From positions 2,429,955-2,470,656 of the forward strand of contig NW_003314277.1 of the NCBI RefSeq assembly GCF_000143415.4: a stretch of DNA of 40,702 nucleotides, written 5' to 3'. The translations under genes were made by a program, and so were the position numbers. The notes under the pieces were generated by a model. That model had not been told where the DNA came from. It did no database searches and saw only the letters and a program-made list of their open reading frames with translations. The first letter of the stretch is position 1, and each line of letters begins with the position of its first letter. Of the stretch, positions 23,472 through 37,300 are shown one piece after another. The DNA comes from Selaginella moellendorffii (Eukaryota; Plantae; Lycopodiophyta).

Positions 23472-26088
23472 TCAAGGCAACATATTTCCTATGCATATGT
23501 ACTTCATCTGCAGAAAGAAGAAAGAAATTTAAAACGAGAAACCTCATTCCTTTGATCATACCTCCAAGTACTCGTCGATTCCGTATTTGGATCCCTCACG
23601 ACCAAGCCCGGATTGTTTAACACCACCGAATGGAGCGACCTGGACCAGAAAGTTTTTAAAACGAACTCCAAAAACGCGTAAATCTACCTCCGTAGAAATC
23701 ACTCCTTCGTTCCAACCAACCATTCCATATTCTAATGCCTCCGCCACACGCCAAGCTCTAGAGATGCTTCCCGAAAAAAGATACGCAGCCAATCCTGAAG
23801 ATGTGCCAAATGAATGACAGGAAATTCCAAAGATGAATGAAGCTCACCAGCTTCGGTGCTGTTGGCAATCCTGATTGCGTCCTCGTCTGTTTTGAATCTG
23901 ATCAGGGGTGCAACAGGCCCAAAAACTTCCTCTCTGCAGAAAGAAAAGAAAAAAAAACGGAGTCCCTGATCCACTTCACCGGCAGCAAACTTACTTCATT
24001 ATTAGCATCTCTTCTGTTGCATCTCCGAGAACAGTTGGCTCGTAAAAGGCGGCACCAAGTCTATGTCGATGGCCTCCCGCCAGGAGCATTGCACCCTGTA
24101 AATCCAAGTCCACAGAATCAGGCCATGGCTTATTCGGATATCGGGTTATTACCTTCGATAATGCATCTTCAACGTGTTGCTCTACCTGTTATTACAAATT
24201 TTATAGCGAAAAACATTAAAAGATCACTACCTTCTTCACAGCTGCTTCATTAATCAGGGGACCCTGTATATAAAAGACCACATCAATAGCTCGCCAAAGC
24301 CTCTTGAGTCCTACAATACCTGCGTGACCCCTTCTTCCAAACCATTTCCAACCTTAAGGCCAGATACCGCTTGAATAAAAGCCTCCGCAAACTTGTCATA
24401 TATACCTTGAAAAATGAGACTTAGAAACAAGAAAGGTCGTACTAAAAAGGCATACCATCTTGGACAAGGACTCTATTGGCACAAACACAGGTCTGGCCGC
24501 TATTCCGGTACTTGGAAGCCAACTGCATGGGGAAAAGATACACGACAAGAGAAATCAGTAAAAGGCTGTGTCAAAAGTATCAAAACAATCAAAACAGAGT
24601 ACTTACGGCTCCTTTAACAGCCACTTCTATGTCTGCATCATCCAGTATGATACATGGTGCATTTCCACCAAGTTCAAGAGATAACTGTTCAAGCAGAAAA
24701 GTACAAGCAATAAGAGAGATACAGAAAAGGAAAACGCTGTACCCGCTTTACGGTACTTGCTGCTCCAGCCATAAGCTTTTTACCGACTTGTGTAGACCCA
24801 GTGAATGAGATTTTGCGAACCTACTACAGCTTACAGTGTTAGAATAAAAAACAAAAGTTAAGTACCTTAGTGCTCTCCAAAAGTGCAGCTCCGATTTGCG
24901 GAGCATCTCCCATGACAACGTTGATGACTCCCTTCATTGACACAGTTGATATAAAAGGTCCACCATTCGTTAGAAAAACTTACAGGGGGTATACCAGCTT
25001 GAATGGATAGTTCTGCAGCAGCTAATGCAGTCAAGGGCGTAAGTTCTGCAGGCTTAATCACTACTGTGCAGCCTGCTGCAAGTGCTGGAGCAACCTATAC
25101 AAGGTTGAGACAAAAATAAATATTTTTCTGGATGTGAAAAACTTTACCTTGCGTGTGATCATGGCAAGGGGAAAATTCCACGGAGTTATCGTACCTACAA
25201 CACCAACAGGCTACAAAATAGATATTTTTCAGGTTGCCTCGACCGTGGTAGTTCAAATGTGAAGTACCTGCTTTACAACGAGTAATCGCCGGTCTGGATA
25301 AGGCGATGGTATAATATCGCCATATGTGCGCTTTGCTTCCTCGGCAAAAAGCTCTATGAAGCCAGCTCCATACGAGACCTGCAAATATAGAGCACTAAAC
25401 TCGATACCATGAAGCTAGACAGAGAGTTACCTCACCAAGGGCTTCTTTCAAAGGCTTTCCTTGCTCTAGAGTCATCAGCTGGGCTATCTCCTCTTTTTTC
25501 TCAAGTATGAGCTCATACCTGTCATGCTTATCTCAAAACCCAGGGAAACTACACCTTTGCCATCCTCACCATCTACGCAGAAGCTTGCTTCTCTCCGAAC
25601 ATGTCTTTTTACTCCATGCTGAAAGAAAAGAGAAAAAAAACTTAGCTTGGAGTTCGATCACGATTTTACGTACACTTAAACGCGTTGTGTGCAGAGTCGA
25701 TGGCCGACAATGTCTCTCTTTCCCCCATGAGCGGAACCTCTGTTAAAAACTCACCAGTCGCAGGATTGTAAACCTGGCCAAATAAAAGGGCGTAAAGCCG
25801 GCTTTCCTACGACCGAAACCCAAGTGATCTTCTATCTTACAGGCAGCGTTCTACCGTCTTCAGCGGACACCCATTCACCAGAGATCAATCCTTTGGCTCG
25901 CAGTAGCCCCGCATTGTTGATCTTGTCAAGCACAGCCTGACTCGCACCAGCGCTTGCGATCGTTGCCATTCGCGCCTGAGAAAAGGTTATACACGTTAGA
26001 ATCACTCGTCAACCAGGCAGACACCCACCTTTCGTCCAGAATTGAGCTGGAAAAGCGCTCGACAATGGCTCCCAGATATCCGAAACAT
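23472..26088 (-). CDS. ALDH5F1: Mitochondrial succinate-semialdehyde dehydrogenase (multi-exon)
   Basis: Likely transit peptide [14 protein letters not shown].... Motifs [47 protein letters not shown] and [25 protein letters not shown] are present; the last exon reads [11 protein letters not shown]. Confidence 0.92.
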
Positions 26089-26159
26089 CGATTTAGCTAT
26101 AGGGCTGAAAGGTATATATTAGATGCCCGTACATAAACATAGTACGGTATATACATCAG

Positions 26160-29100
26160 CTATGGTTTTTGCCTCTTCCGACTTCCCAAGGGAAAGCCAG
26201 AGTAGCATTCCTTACAATCACCTGCATAAACGCATCAGCCTCCCTTTCGATAAAAAAAGCGTTACCTGAATTTGCACTCATGTATTCATCAAAGTTTTTC
26301 TGATATCGACTCGGTAGAAAGCAACCAAACCTGCAAAATAGTGATAAGTCTGAAAATGGAATAAAGAGCAGCGAACCTCTCAAGAAGATAACGGCGCTCG
26401 GGAGCCGCAAATATGCCGGACATTGTAGTGAAGACATCTTCTACCTTCGTTGTCCCGTCTTTGAAGCTTTTCATGCACGCCAGAAAGCGCTCATACTCGG
26501 GGCTAGTGAGACGAGCTTTCACCTGGCATAGTGTTAAAACTCTCCTCACTAAATAGCTTAAGAAAGCTTACCTCTTGAATGTAATTTCCAGCAGTTTTGA
26601 AAGCGGAAGTACCGACCGTGCCGGCCTCGCAAGCTTCTATTGGCGAAGACACACGATCGGTACCCTCATCAGAACCTCGCTGTTTTGAGACGCTAATGGC
26701 GTTTTTGACGAGCTCGGGACGACTTCCAAACGCGCGATTGGCAGGCTTGATTGCCGCACTGCAGAGCTGCTGATTTCGTTTCGCGGCAAGCACCACAGAC
26801 AGTGGCTGCTGTTCATTTGTAGAGGCCCCAAAGATCTTACTCTGTGAAAACAAACTTCTTTTAATATAGAGGAACATGGAACTATGTTACGTACTAGGGG
26901 ATCAATAGTTTTACGCTCCAGGAAAACATTTTCGTGTACCGCAGACACCGTAGAAACTGCGTAACAAAAACAATGAATTTTGCAAAGGCAATGTGTTCTT
27001 ACCAGCTGATGCAATGAATGCCGTTACAGCTGACTGTCTTGGTTCACTTTGTAATGGATGAACTTTGTTCAAACACGGCAAATCAGGCAAGCTTGACGTG
27101 TTTTGCTGGACTTTAGACATTGTCCGCGGTTGTGGCTTTTTGTCCTTGAAAAATCTAGTCAATGTAAAAGCAGCATCCCCGAACTTCGAATATAGCTGCA
27201 TGTTTCTGTGAATATGCAAGAAAATTATAATGTTTTACAAACCTTGACGTGGGGTCTGAGCCACAGTGACAGTTGACTTTGTGCACCAGCCTGGGCAAAC
27301 CTGACTTGCCAAACATAAAGCAACTAAAAGAAGCTTTGCAAGCTACCTTTCGTCACAGAGAATGATTGCACCATAATCGTTCTTGTGTCGTATAACCCGT
27401 CCTACAGCCTGATTGACGGCTCGTGAAGCCTGTTGTACGTACCAATCCTCTCCAGTCAGAACCTGGAAAGGTTTTGTTACTACAGGTGATTTTGTAGCAT
27501 CTCAAGTACCTTACGGGTACTGGTTTTTGTTCGTCGTCCTTCCTCGTCTAGATACTGTCTCTTCAAACGCACCTAAAAGCGAAAAGTCTATTTTCAATGT
27601 TACTGATTTGTAAGGACTCACTTTCGGATCAGTCTTCATTGCAAAAGGCATTCCTGTAACAATAACCGCGCGTCCCGTTTCATCCGCAAAATCTAAACCT
27701 TCGCTAACCTGAAAACGGCAATAGACTAAACACGAAGACGGTCGAAAATCGTAGAAGAAAAATACGAAGACGCAAGGCCCAACCTTTCCTCGACAAACAG
27801 CAAAAAACACAGCTCCTGTAGCTGTTGAATCCTTTACTTTCGCCAGAAAATCCTTGAAACATAGACACTGAATTTGAGGACATGGCAATAAAAAGTAATC
27901 ACCTCGTGTGCTTGATTGAATAATGCCGACTCCTTTGGCTCAACGACCGGTTGCTTATGCTTGCAAATCCTCTCCCATAACGTGTGTCCATTTACTTGAT
28001 TCTGTGACCGATAACTTAGTCGAATTGCTCACTCGAGATTGTTACTAACCGGAGTTTGCCATGAATCAACACATGAGTTCAATAAATAGTAGGAAGGAAA
28101 AAATACAAGTAGACCATCGGGAACAATTCGCGCGAAATTTACTAGAATCAATAGATAGAATGTGAGCTTAAAAAAAGAAAAAGTTGTCGTTACCAATTGT
28201 ATTCCCAAGATCGTTTTTATACTCCGGAGAGTCCCGAGTTCGATAAGATGAATTTAAAGCCCGTCCGGAAGGCCCAGAGGATACCACACCAACCCATATC
28301 TGGTTCGCTCCTATCACATGAGGATTTTCCAGCCGGACGTCGAATGGTCTGCATAGTAAAAAAAAAACTCAATCAAGAACGTGACCAAAATATACGTACA
28401 GTTTTAATTCGATGGCAAACGACTCAAGCGGGGACAACGTTCCAGATGTTAATACAATTGTACGAACTCCCAATTTTGAAAACTCTTCCATGGCTATTCC
28501 GGGATTGAAACACCACCAGCTAAAAGTTCGTGATTTTTTGTCGCCTGAGCAGGATAGATATTACGCAAAGTTTATACAGAACGATTACACAAACAAACCT
28601 TTGCTCAATCCCTTGTCCTCGGCTCTTCTGTAAGAGTTTTGTACATGCACCTAGCATTCGCCAGTTAATAAAAGTTACTCTAAACAGACTTTGAAAACGC
28701 TTACACGGTAACAGGTAGCATGAGATGAGTCCTTTCCCCTGAATATAGTGCGGAACGCATCTCGTAACAACTCAAGCTTGCAAGTTGATGTTTTTGGCTT
28801 TCCCGAAGGCGCGCTAGAATCTACAAGAAAAAGGTAAAATGTCAAATTCTTGAGAAGCAAGCACCTTCTTGTAGGAGACTGATAGCAGAATCAATTGTAT
28901 CTGTTAGCATTGTAGAGGTTTCCCAGGTAATTTTCAGCTCCGACAAGAAGTCATAAATGTAAGATCCTGGTCGTGTGAAACCTAGCTCTTCCGAATCAAA
29001 AGAGATGTCGTCAATTTTTTTGCTCAGCTCCAACAACAAAGCTGTAGACGCAAAAGTTAGCTTCTTTACATAGCAATATCTACATCACCTTTCAACAGAG

Positions 29101-30233
29101 CGAAGTTTTCAGGATCACCAGACTTGTCTGCATTATTGCTGATGCTTCTCTGAAGTGTTGCCAGCTCAACGCATTGGCCAGCCTCGGAGATGCATGCCGA
29201 TAATGTGGTCGTCGGAAGGTCAAAAGATGCTGCATCAGCACAAACACCTTCCTGAGAAATTCAGATGAGCATTTCCGATAAGAACCATGACGAAGGACAT
29301 ACCAGATTGTGAGCCTCGTCAAATATTATGACAGAATTCTCCCAACGGATTCCGGTTAGCGATTTTCGGTTTTCCTTGTCGATGAGATAGTTATAAGGAA
29401 CAAAGATCATGTCTACTGAACCGTGAAGCTCTCGAGAGAGGAAATACGGGCATCTGCAACAAATATTTAATCATAACGTTTTAGACATAAGATAGATTGG
29501 CACTTACGGACCATGGGTTCTGCCAATTCGAACTAAATCTTCTATATCAATCGGTTCGTTCCCGAGTTCCGGATTTTTTTTGAGGTATTCTGGAACAAGA
29601 GATATTAGAGCAAAATTGCGGAATGAAACGGAAAATACCATTGACACGAGTGTGGTGGTAACACTTGCGGGCTTTGCACGAGGTACGACAAGCATTATTC
29701 TGAGCTCTCCCCCGCAATTTTTGCACATCTTTCTCAATGCATAGCTGCTCTCTCGATCCAAGAGCCACCATCTTCGGCCTACAGTTCATCAAAGAATATA
29801 AGCTCCCAAACTTTTATCGAGATCAATCAAACCTGTATGACGTCGCCTTGAGCTCGTGAATGACTTGCTGGAGCTGGCTGTGCGTTCGAGAAGCGTAGAT
29901 TACCGTAGGAAGCTTGTTTGCCTCCTGCGAGGAAGTGGGATCGAGATCACTGGATTGACTACTGGCGCTCATCCTCCTCCCCCGATCCGGCGGAGCGAGA
30001 CTCTCCCGCCAAGCCAGTGTCGCACAGAGCAAGCACAGAGTCTTTCCAGTCCCTGTCGGGCTCTCCAGAAGCGCATTTTGCCCCTGTGAGATTCGAGATA
30101 TATTTCGGTCAATCGATCTTCTGGAGCTTACCTTCTGGAGCGCCGCTATCACAGATTCCATGTACACGAGCTGGCAATCGTAGGCATCGTAGGGGAAGCG
30201 CACGTCAACGCCCTTGAGCTTGTAGCTCGGCAT
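26160..30233 (-). CDS. RTEL1: Regulator of telomere elongation helicase 1 (XPD/Rad3-family Fe-S helicase), multi-exon
   Basis: Q motif FPYDAYDCQ, Walker [55 protein letters not shown] and [13 protein letters not shown] are present. The C-terminal HHD reads YIQEVKARL...[18 protein letters not shown]. The 3'-most exon and stop are inferred. Confidence 0.93.
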
Positions 30234-30415
30234 TCTGCAAACGAAGAACCCTAGCCAAGAGCTACATTCTTAGGGCTTTTCAAGAGAAAAGAGAGGGAAA
30301 AATGTCCTTTTGCCGCCATTGGCCATATTTAAGAGAGATTTTGGATAGCTCTACCGTACCAGGGTTTTACTGTGGCTCATTCTTCTAGGGTTTGATCGCA
30401 ATCTATCTATCAGTC
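30234..30415. promoter_or_regulatory. Compact bidirectional promoter between RTEL1 and BAG
   Basis: Divergent ATGs at 30233 and 30416, with a telo-box TAGGGTTT at 30386-30393 and near-matches at about 30247, 30271 and 30361. Confidence 0.55.
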
Positions 30416-31434
30416 ATGATCGGCTCCAAGACGGAGAATGCCGGGGATCCTGGCGATCTCATCTCCTGGGAGCTGCGACCGGGAGGGATGCTCGTCCAGA
30501 AGCGCCAATCCGGCGAGGGAGAGAATGGCGATTCCACTCCAGCAGGGCCTTTGATCAAGATCCGGGTCTCCCATGGCCTCCAGGCGCATGAGATCAGCGT
30601 TCCGGCGCAAGCATCATTCGGTAAGAGGATAGAAATCGATCGATCGATCGACAGAGAGGGGGAGGAGATTTCCATGAGATTTCTAGTTTTTTTTTATTTT
30701 TCTTTTCTTTGGTCCTGGATGGAACAGGCGAATTGAAGAAGCTGGTAGCAGTAGAGACGGGCCTCCAGCCGCACGAACAGAGGCTTCTCTTCAGAGGCAA
30801 GGAAAAGGATGATGTCGAGTACCTCCATTTGGCTGGTGTGAAAGACAAGGCAAAGATCATCCTTGTCGAGGACCCGGCCAGCCGCGAGAGGAGGCTGGAG
30901 GAGATGAGGAGCAACGAGAAAATGGAGCGGGCTTGCAGGGCCGTGGCGGAAGTGGGATCCGAGACTGACAAGCTCGCCGAACAGGTACCAAAGTTCCTTC
31001 TTTTTTCTGCTTCTGATTCTTCGATTGCTTCGCAGATCCCTGCTCTGGAAGCAGCCGTTCAGAGCGCTCATAATGTCCCCGAGAGAGATCTCGACAAGCT
31101 CACGGAGCTTATGATGCGGCAGCTGCTCAAGCTGGATGCGATCGAAGCCGATGGCGAGGCCAAAGTCCAAAGGCGAATACAGGTACTAGTTTTGATCTTC
31201 CATCTCTCGATCCATTCTCATCGCCTCTCGACACTCCAGGTGAAAAGGGTCCAGAACTACGTCGATTTCCTCGACAACCTCAAGACCAAGAACTCAATCC
31301 CGCATCCTCTGGCCTCCAGGAACAGCGTTGTGACCACGAAATGGGAAACTTTCGATAGCGGCGTTGGCAGCCTCACTGCTCCTCCACCGCAAGGCACTCC
31401 AAACATCACCACCGACTGGGAAAAATTCGATTAA
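30416..31434 (+). CDS. BAG-family Hsp70 co-chaperone (ubiquitin-like + BAG domain, BAG1-4 group), 4 exons
   Basis: WELRPGGMLVQKR N-terminal motif; UBL domain ETGLQPHEQRLLFRGKEK...GVKDKAKI; BAG domain LTELMMRQLLKLDAIEADGEAKVQRR; ends WEKFD*. Confidence 0.92.
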
Positions 31435-32097
31435 TCGATCGAGTCACCGTCGATCGATCAATCGATTGCAGGTATCTATTATCCTTTTTCTCTTTCCTTC
31501 CATTCCATTCTCTCTGGGGTCTATGATTCTTTACTCCCAATGCTTGTTTGGGACGAAGCATACCCAAACCAAAGTGCTAGTGTCTGCTTGTACAGAGAAT
31601 TTAATACACACAGGAAAAGCCATACCTGTAACCTTTCAGTTAAAGTCTGCGATGGGCATATTCGGGTACACTATTTAGAATATTCTAGTTTAAAACTTCA
31701 ATGCGCTTTCCCGTTCCACTCCGGAGTTCTTTTTCCACCAAATGAAAGTACTGGAAAGACAAAAATCGTGACAACGACAAACATCACGCTTGGATCACTC
31801 ATCCTAATCGCGTGCGCTCGGCTAAAATTCACGCTGCTAGATTGGGGTTGGCTGGAAACTTGAAAGAACTCCCCAATCTTCTCTTCGGCGAAGCCCGCTG
31901 GCCGAGTCGATAGAGTTGAATTTGGACAGTGTCTTTGCCCAATTTGTTTTCTTTAGTCTCCCTTCCTCTTTTCTCGGTGGATGGAAGAATCCATCGCCTC
32001 CATCACCACCGCCACAGCCAGGAAGAACAGCAGCAAGCAAGAACACGAGAGCTTCGACACGATCTTCCTCTCCTGGCCAGATGATCGATAATTCGCG

Positions 32098-33350
32098 ATG
32101 GCAAACTGGGGGCTGGAGCTGATTGCCGGCATCGCGCTCGTCGTCGCGTGCTTGCTCCTACTCCTCGTCATCAGGATCTGCGTGGCTCGGAAAAACCGCG
32201 GCCGGGACGATGATCAGCAGCGGCGGCACCGGCAGAGTCCAAATCCTCCATACCTGCGGCACGATCAGGGTAACAGCAGCAGCGGTGCCAACGGCAGAGC
32301 GCGGAATCAGAGCTGGAACTCGATCAAGATCGCTGGATTCAACTGGAAAGACTACCCGGCGCTCATGTCCGAGGCGCTCGAGAATGGATGGGCGGCATTT
32401 GCCCTCTCCCAGGTGGACCATGGGATGGATCATCGTCCCCATCATCGGAAGCAGGGATTTCACGCGGAGACAAGGTGGGAGGTCGGGCCAGGGACCGAGC
32501 TGATGCAAATTCTTCGATCCAATCCGGGGATTCCCATCGCGGAGATTTCATCCACCGGGAGCGCGCAGTTCTTCAAATCCGCGCTGCCGCTCCCTGGCCC
32601 CTTCCTGGGAATCTACTCCTACCCGCAAGAATCCTACTTTGAGATCACAGTTCTTGGAGCGAAAGACCATGATCTTGACAAGAATGCGAGGCAAAATTCT
32701 GGGAATTCCACCGCCGAAATCGAGCAGATTGTAGCGATCGGACTCGTCAGAGGCTCCTCTTTTGGCGATCGCGGATCGATCGGCTACTACTCCAATGGTC
32801 AGATCCTTCTAAACGGTAGGAGAAAAGCGTATTGATTGCTCTTACTTGCTCACGAGATTTTAGGGTTCTTCCAGGAGCTCTCTACACAGACGAGAGGTTC
32901 AAGCGAAAGCCATGGATTCCAGCTCGCGGCGACACGACGGTGGGCTGTGGATTCAACCCCGCCGCGCGAATTGTGTTCTTCACGCTCAATGGCGAGATGA
33001 CCTGCCAGGCCGACTGCTCCAGGGCGGAGGAATTCGGCAGCCCTCTTCACGCGGCGTTCCTCTGTAACTTTGACGCCACGGCGATCGTAAATCTCGGCCA
33101 GAGTGCCTTCGAATTCCTGCCCGAGAACGCGAGGAGGACGGCGGATCCTGGAAATCACAGGCCCTACCCCGATCGAGGCGCCAATCGAATGGCGATCCAG
33201 TACGACAGTGGCGAATTGTTTAGCCAGCGGTTGGAGGGATCGCCGGCGCTGTCGCAAGACCTTCGCAGGCCCACTCCCTCCGAGGCCGAGTCGGAGCTCT
33301 TCGAGATCGTGATTGACGCCGAGGGCAACGAGAGATTCGTCCATAGGTGA
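32098..33350 (+). CDS. Membrane-anchored SPRY-domain protein, 2 exons (intron 32816-32874)
   Basis: N-terminal hydrophobic helix, then ALPLPGP...YPQESYFEITV, SIGYYSNG, TVGCGFNP...VFFTLNG and VNLGQSAF, all SPRY/B30.2 motifs; the reading frame is preserved across the intron. Confidence 0.85.
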
Positions 33351-33442
33351 TCATAGAGAAAAATTCTCCAGGAATCAGAATATTCGCAACGCGCCTAGAG
33401 CGGATCTGTGACCGTCCGATTGCTCTAGAAACCAGCGGCTAG

Positions 33443-34275
33443 ATGCTAACCCTAATTCGTCATTTTGAGCAAAATCATCAAGATTTGTCTAACGAGTAAA
33501 TGTTTGCAACTTCGATCTGAGCTTCCATCCCAAGCGGCATAGATCTTCCACACCGGCATCATTGGGATTACCTGATGGGATCTCTCATAGATCGCTTCGA
33601 CGAGCACGACGGGCCGGTTCGCGGCGTCCATTTCCACAGCTCGATATTTCGATTGATCTGGTCCAGGCGATGACTACAAGATCAAGGTCTGGAACTACAA
33701 GGCGAGAAGGTGCTGCTGGGGCATCTGGATTATATCCGGACTCCATCAGAAGTATCTCTGGATCGTGAGTGCTAGCGACGATCAAACCATCAGGACTTGG
33801 AACTGGCAGTCCCTGCATCGCTGGATCAGACTATTCGTTTATGAGATATCAGCTCTCTTAGGAAGAAGACGGTCTCCCCAGCAGCGATCTTTCAAGTACG
33901 GGGCATGACAGGGGTGTGAAATGGGCTGCTTTCCATCCAAGATTGCCTCGACAAGTTCGGCTGTGGAGGATAAATGGTATGTGAACTTCTTTTTTGTCAT
34001 GCTGTCTAGTTTTCTAAACGCTTGCATTGGTTCTATCAAGAGCAGCTCCGTCCCAGACCAGGCGGGGAGTCGAAGTGGAACAGGGCGAGGGGAGTCAAAG
34101 AGCCGGAGCCGGAGCCCAGGAAGGCGAAGAGGAGGGAGGCTGGGAGCTGCAAGGCCTGGAACTTGTGGTTCTTCGCTGGTGTAATTCCAGGGGCTCCGAT
34201 CACTCAACTCTGGACGCAAAGCTCCTCCTTGGCTGCCGATCACGTCGCCGCTGGAGCCTTCGAGCAATGCGCCTC
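33443..34275 (+). pseudogene. COPA: Coatomer alpha subunit remnant with many internal deletions
   Basis: Fragments [84 protein letters not shown] and C-terminal-domain QLWTQSSSLAADHVAAGAF appear in order but in shifting frames. Confidence 0.88.
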
Positions 34276-34314
34276 CTCACTCCGCAACTCAGGATCAATA
34301 AATATATATAACTA

Positions 34315-37300
34315 CTAGCAATTGCCTAGCAAATGTTGGCTGGTTGGCAAATTTGATGCCATTTCAAGAGGTTTGCTGAGCTTAGCTATGTTTGCTATTT
34401 GATCAACTCTACAATTGAAAGACATTCTCTTGACCAAACGTATTATTTGTAATCATAAAATAGTAATGCATTTACCATACTTGATTGTTGTCTAAACTCC
34501 TCAAATCCAGATTTCCTATGCTGGAATTTATGAACTTTGCCCATGAGCATTACATCAGCTAGATTAGATTACTGTTGAGTTGCATTCCTCTATTTTAAAT
34601 GTAAAGAGCCTAAAGAATATTTCCAAGTCCATCTTTGGTGCAGGTGTTGCTATTTGCTCCACAACCTGCTAGAAAGGTTCCTCCTTGGGTGAGCCAGAAG
34701 CCATTATACTACAATGAGAGTTGCACTCAAGAAGTAATAGGATGAAAACTATACCTCTGCCATTAGCAGCTCAATAGCACATTGCTATAACCAAAATGGC
34801 ACACCACCCAATGCACACCATTTAGTGCTAACTTTGTTGTGGTGTGCACTTGAAACTCACAATTGCAAGTCAAGGGTGGCTGAGTTGATAACTTTGTGAA
34901 ATCATGGTTAAATTTGGAATCATGCCATATATTTGTCAGTCTACTTAAGAACTTCAGCATAGATTGTATTCACAATGTAAAAGTGTTGATCATGTGGTAT
35001 AAGATTGCCTTGAAGGGGGGTTGCAAGCACTTGAACACGAAGTTGTTCAGGTGATCTACACCTTGATAGAGCAACATAAAGTTGACCATGTATGAAAACA
35101 GGTTGCGGGAGGTAAATGTCAACATGGTTGAAAGTTTGGCCTTGGGCTTTAAAAATAGTTAAGCAATATCCCAAACAAATTGGGAATTGTCTTCAGGACA
35201 TCTTGAAAAGGATTTCAACATTAGAAAGTGTAAGGGTAATATGTGGAATAAAAACTCGCAATCCCTTGAATTGTCCCAAATGTTTCAAGATGCTTGCTTG
35301 AGAATGAGGTGAGTGCCATTGCATAAACCAATTTGTGGAGATATGTTCCTAAAAAGAATCAAAATCACTTTTTGTTTTAGAATTAATTTGTGTGGTGGTA
35401 GTCTTGATGAGGTGATTGAATTTAAGAATTCAATTGGGAACTCTTCAAGGTGATCTAAGTCAAATATGTCAATGCTCAAGTAAACATATGAATCACCTAG
35501 TAATCTTCCAACAATGTCATTATTTATTCTAAATGTATCATCATTGAGTGGGGTGAGAATAACCTTTGATGCAGCTGTATAAGTGTTTATAATGTCATTG
35601 GTATTTGGGAAAACAAAGTTTACAATAGGTGTAAAGATAGATAATACATGTGGTATTTTGATAATATTTGGTGGGAGACATGGCAATTGCAAATTATTAT
35701 CACTATTGCCAAGTTTGAAAAGCCATTCAAAAAAATAAAGATTGCTTAAACACATATTCTTTATTAGTGTTAGTGTTGTAAAGAGTGACCATAATTTATT
35801 CATTTTAACTGAGCTTGAAATAATAGAAGTTCTATAGCCATGGGGAACAATAGGAAGGGTTTGACGAAAGTCACCATTTATAATCACTATAATGCTTCCA
35901 AATGATTTAAAATTACATTTGAGATGCTTTAAACATTTATGAACCATAGAGAAAGCATGTGTATAGATCATATAAATTTCATCCCATATGAGAACATTTG
36001 CTTGTTTAATGGTTTTTCCAGCATCATTATCAATTGTTAACGCAAAGACAGAAGTTTCATTTAAAAGAACAGGAAGTTTAAAAGTTGTATGTGCTGTTTG
36101 ACCATATTTTAGCAAAATGCTTATAGTCTATACCATATTGATTACTTTTATTTTTTTTAATTGTAATGCTATAATAATAAGTAGAAAAGTTTTCTCAGTA
36201 CCACCAAGTCCATTAATAAAGAAACATTGATGCTAGTTAGTATCAATAGCATTTATAATGAGTTCAAAAATATAATATTGTTCATAACTAAATTGATTTA
36301 TATTTGCATTGATTTGGTCTTGTGATGAATTAGGGATCTTTATATTAAGCATGTGTTTAATAATGGGAGTAAGAGTTGGGAGTGGTAAACCAAAATCATA
36401 ATTAGATTTATTGTGTAGTTGGAATTTTGAGTTAATATCGACTAAAGCAATATCAAAATAGTTTATATCATTTCTAGCATAATCCTCAGATATATCAATT
36501 TTGAATTGATCCCATAATAGATTTGGATTTTTTGGTGAACAATACAAACAAATAAAAACAAATAACTATCTTAATTGGGATGGTATTTTAAAAGTAAAAG
36601 CTTCTTGCATGTAATATTGCCATTCTAAATCATCTACTAAAAGTCCCATTGCCATAACTACTTGTTTAAAAGATCGACAGTACATATATCCTCAAATGAT
36701 ATAACACCTTTTTTATGGAGCAATATAAGCCGCAAGTGGTACACTCTACTACTTAGAAGGAGATATNNNNNNNNNNNNNNNNNNNNNNNNNNNNNNNNNN
36801 NNNNNNNNNNNNNNNNNNNNNNNNNNNNNNNNNNNNNNNNNNNNNNNNNNNNNNNNNNNNNNNNNNNNNNNNNNNNNNNNNNNNNNNNNNNNNNNNNNNN
36901 NNNNNNNNNNNNNNNNNNNNNNNNNNNNNNNNNNNNNNNNNNNNNNNNNNNNNNNNNNNNNNNNNNNNNNNNNNNNNNNNNNNNNNNNNNNNNNNNNNNN
37001 NNNNNNNNNNNNNNNNNNNNNNNNNNNNNNNNNNNNNNNNNNNNNNNNNNNNNNNNNNNNNNNNNNNNNNNNNNNNNNNNNNNNNNNNNNNNNNCAGGTG
37101 ATTCATTTAGCTGTAAGTTTTGCACAATTTCAGGCCACTTTGGGTTGCGTGTAAATGTAATAAATAAGTTAGGTTTTCCAAAATATGTGACAATAGCAAT
37201 AGCATCTTAATAATGTTGTTGCATTGTTCGTAGGCTACCAGAAAATGTAGAAGGCAAAATTATAACTTTTCCAGATTCAATGTTATTAATAGTAGCTCTA

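Noticed and set aside
18609-26088. Functional cluster of two SSADH-type enzymes (ALDH21 and ALDH5F1)
   Set aside because: The ALDH21 piece is a broken Helitron passenger and differs in sequence from the neighbouring ALDH5F1, so the proximity is probably coincidence.
30403-33344. Antisense and alternate-frame ORFs over BAG and SPRY
   Set aside because: Expected shadows of GC-rich coding sequence, with no recognisable motifs.
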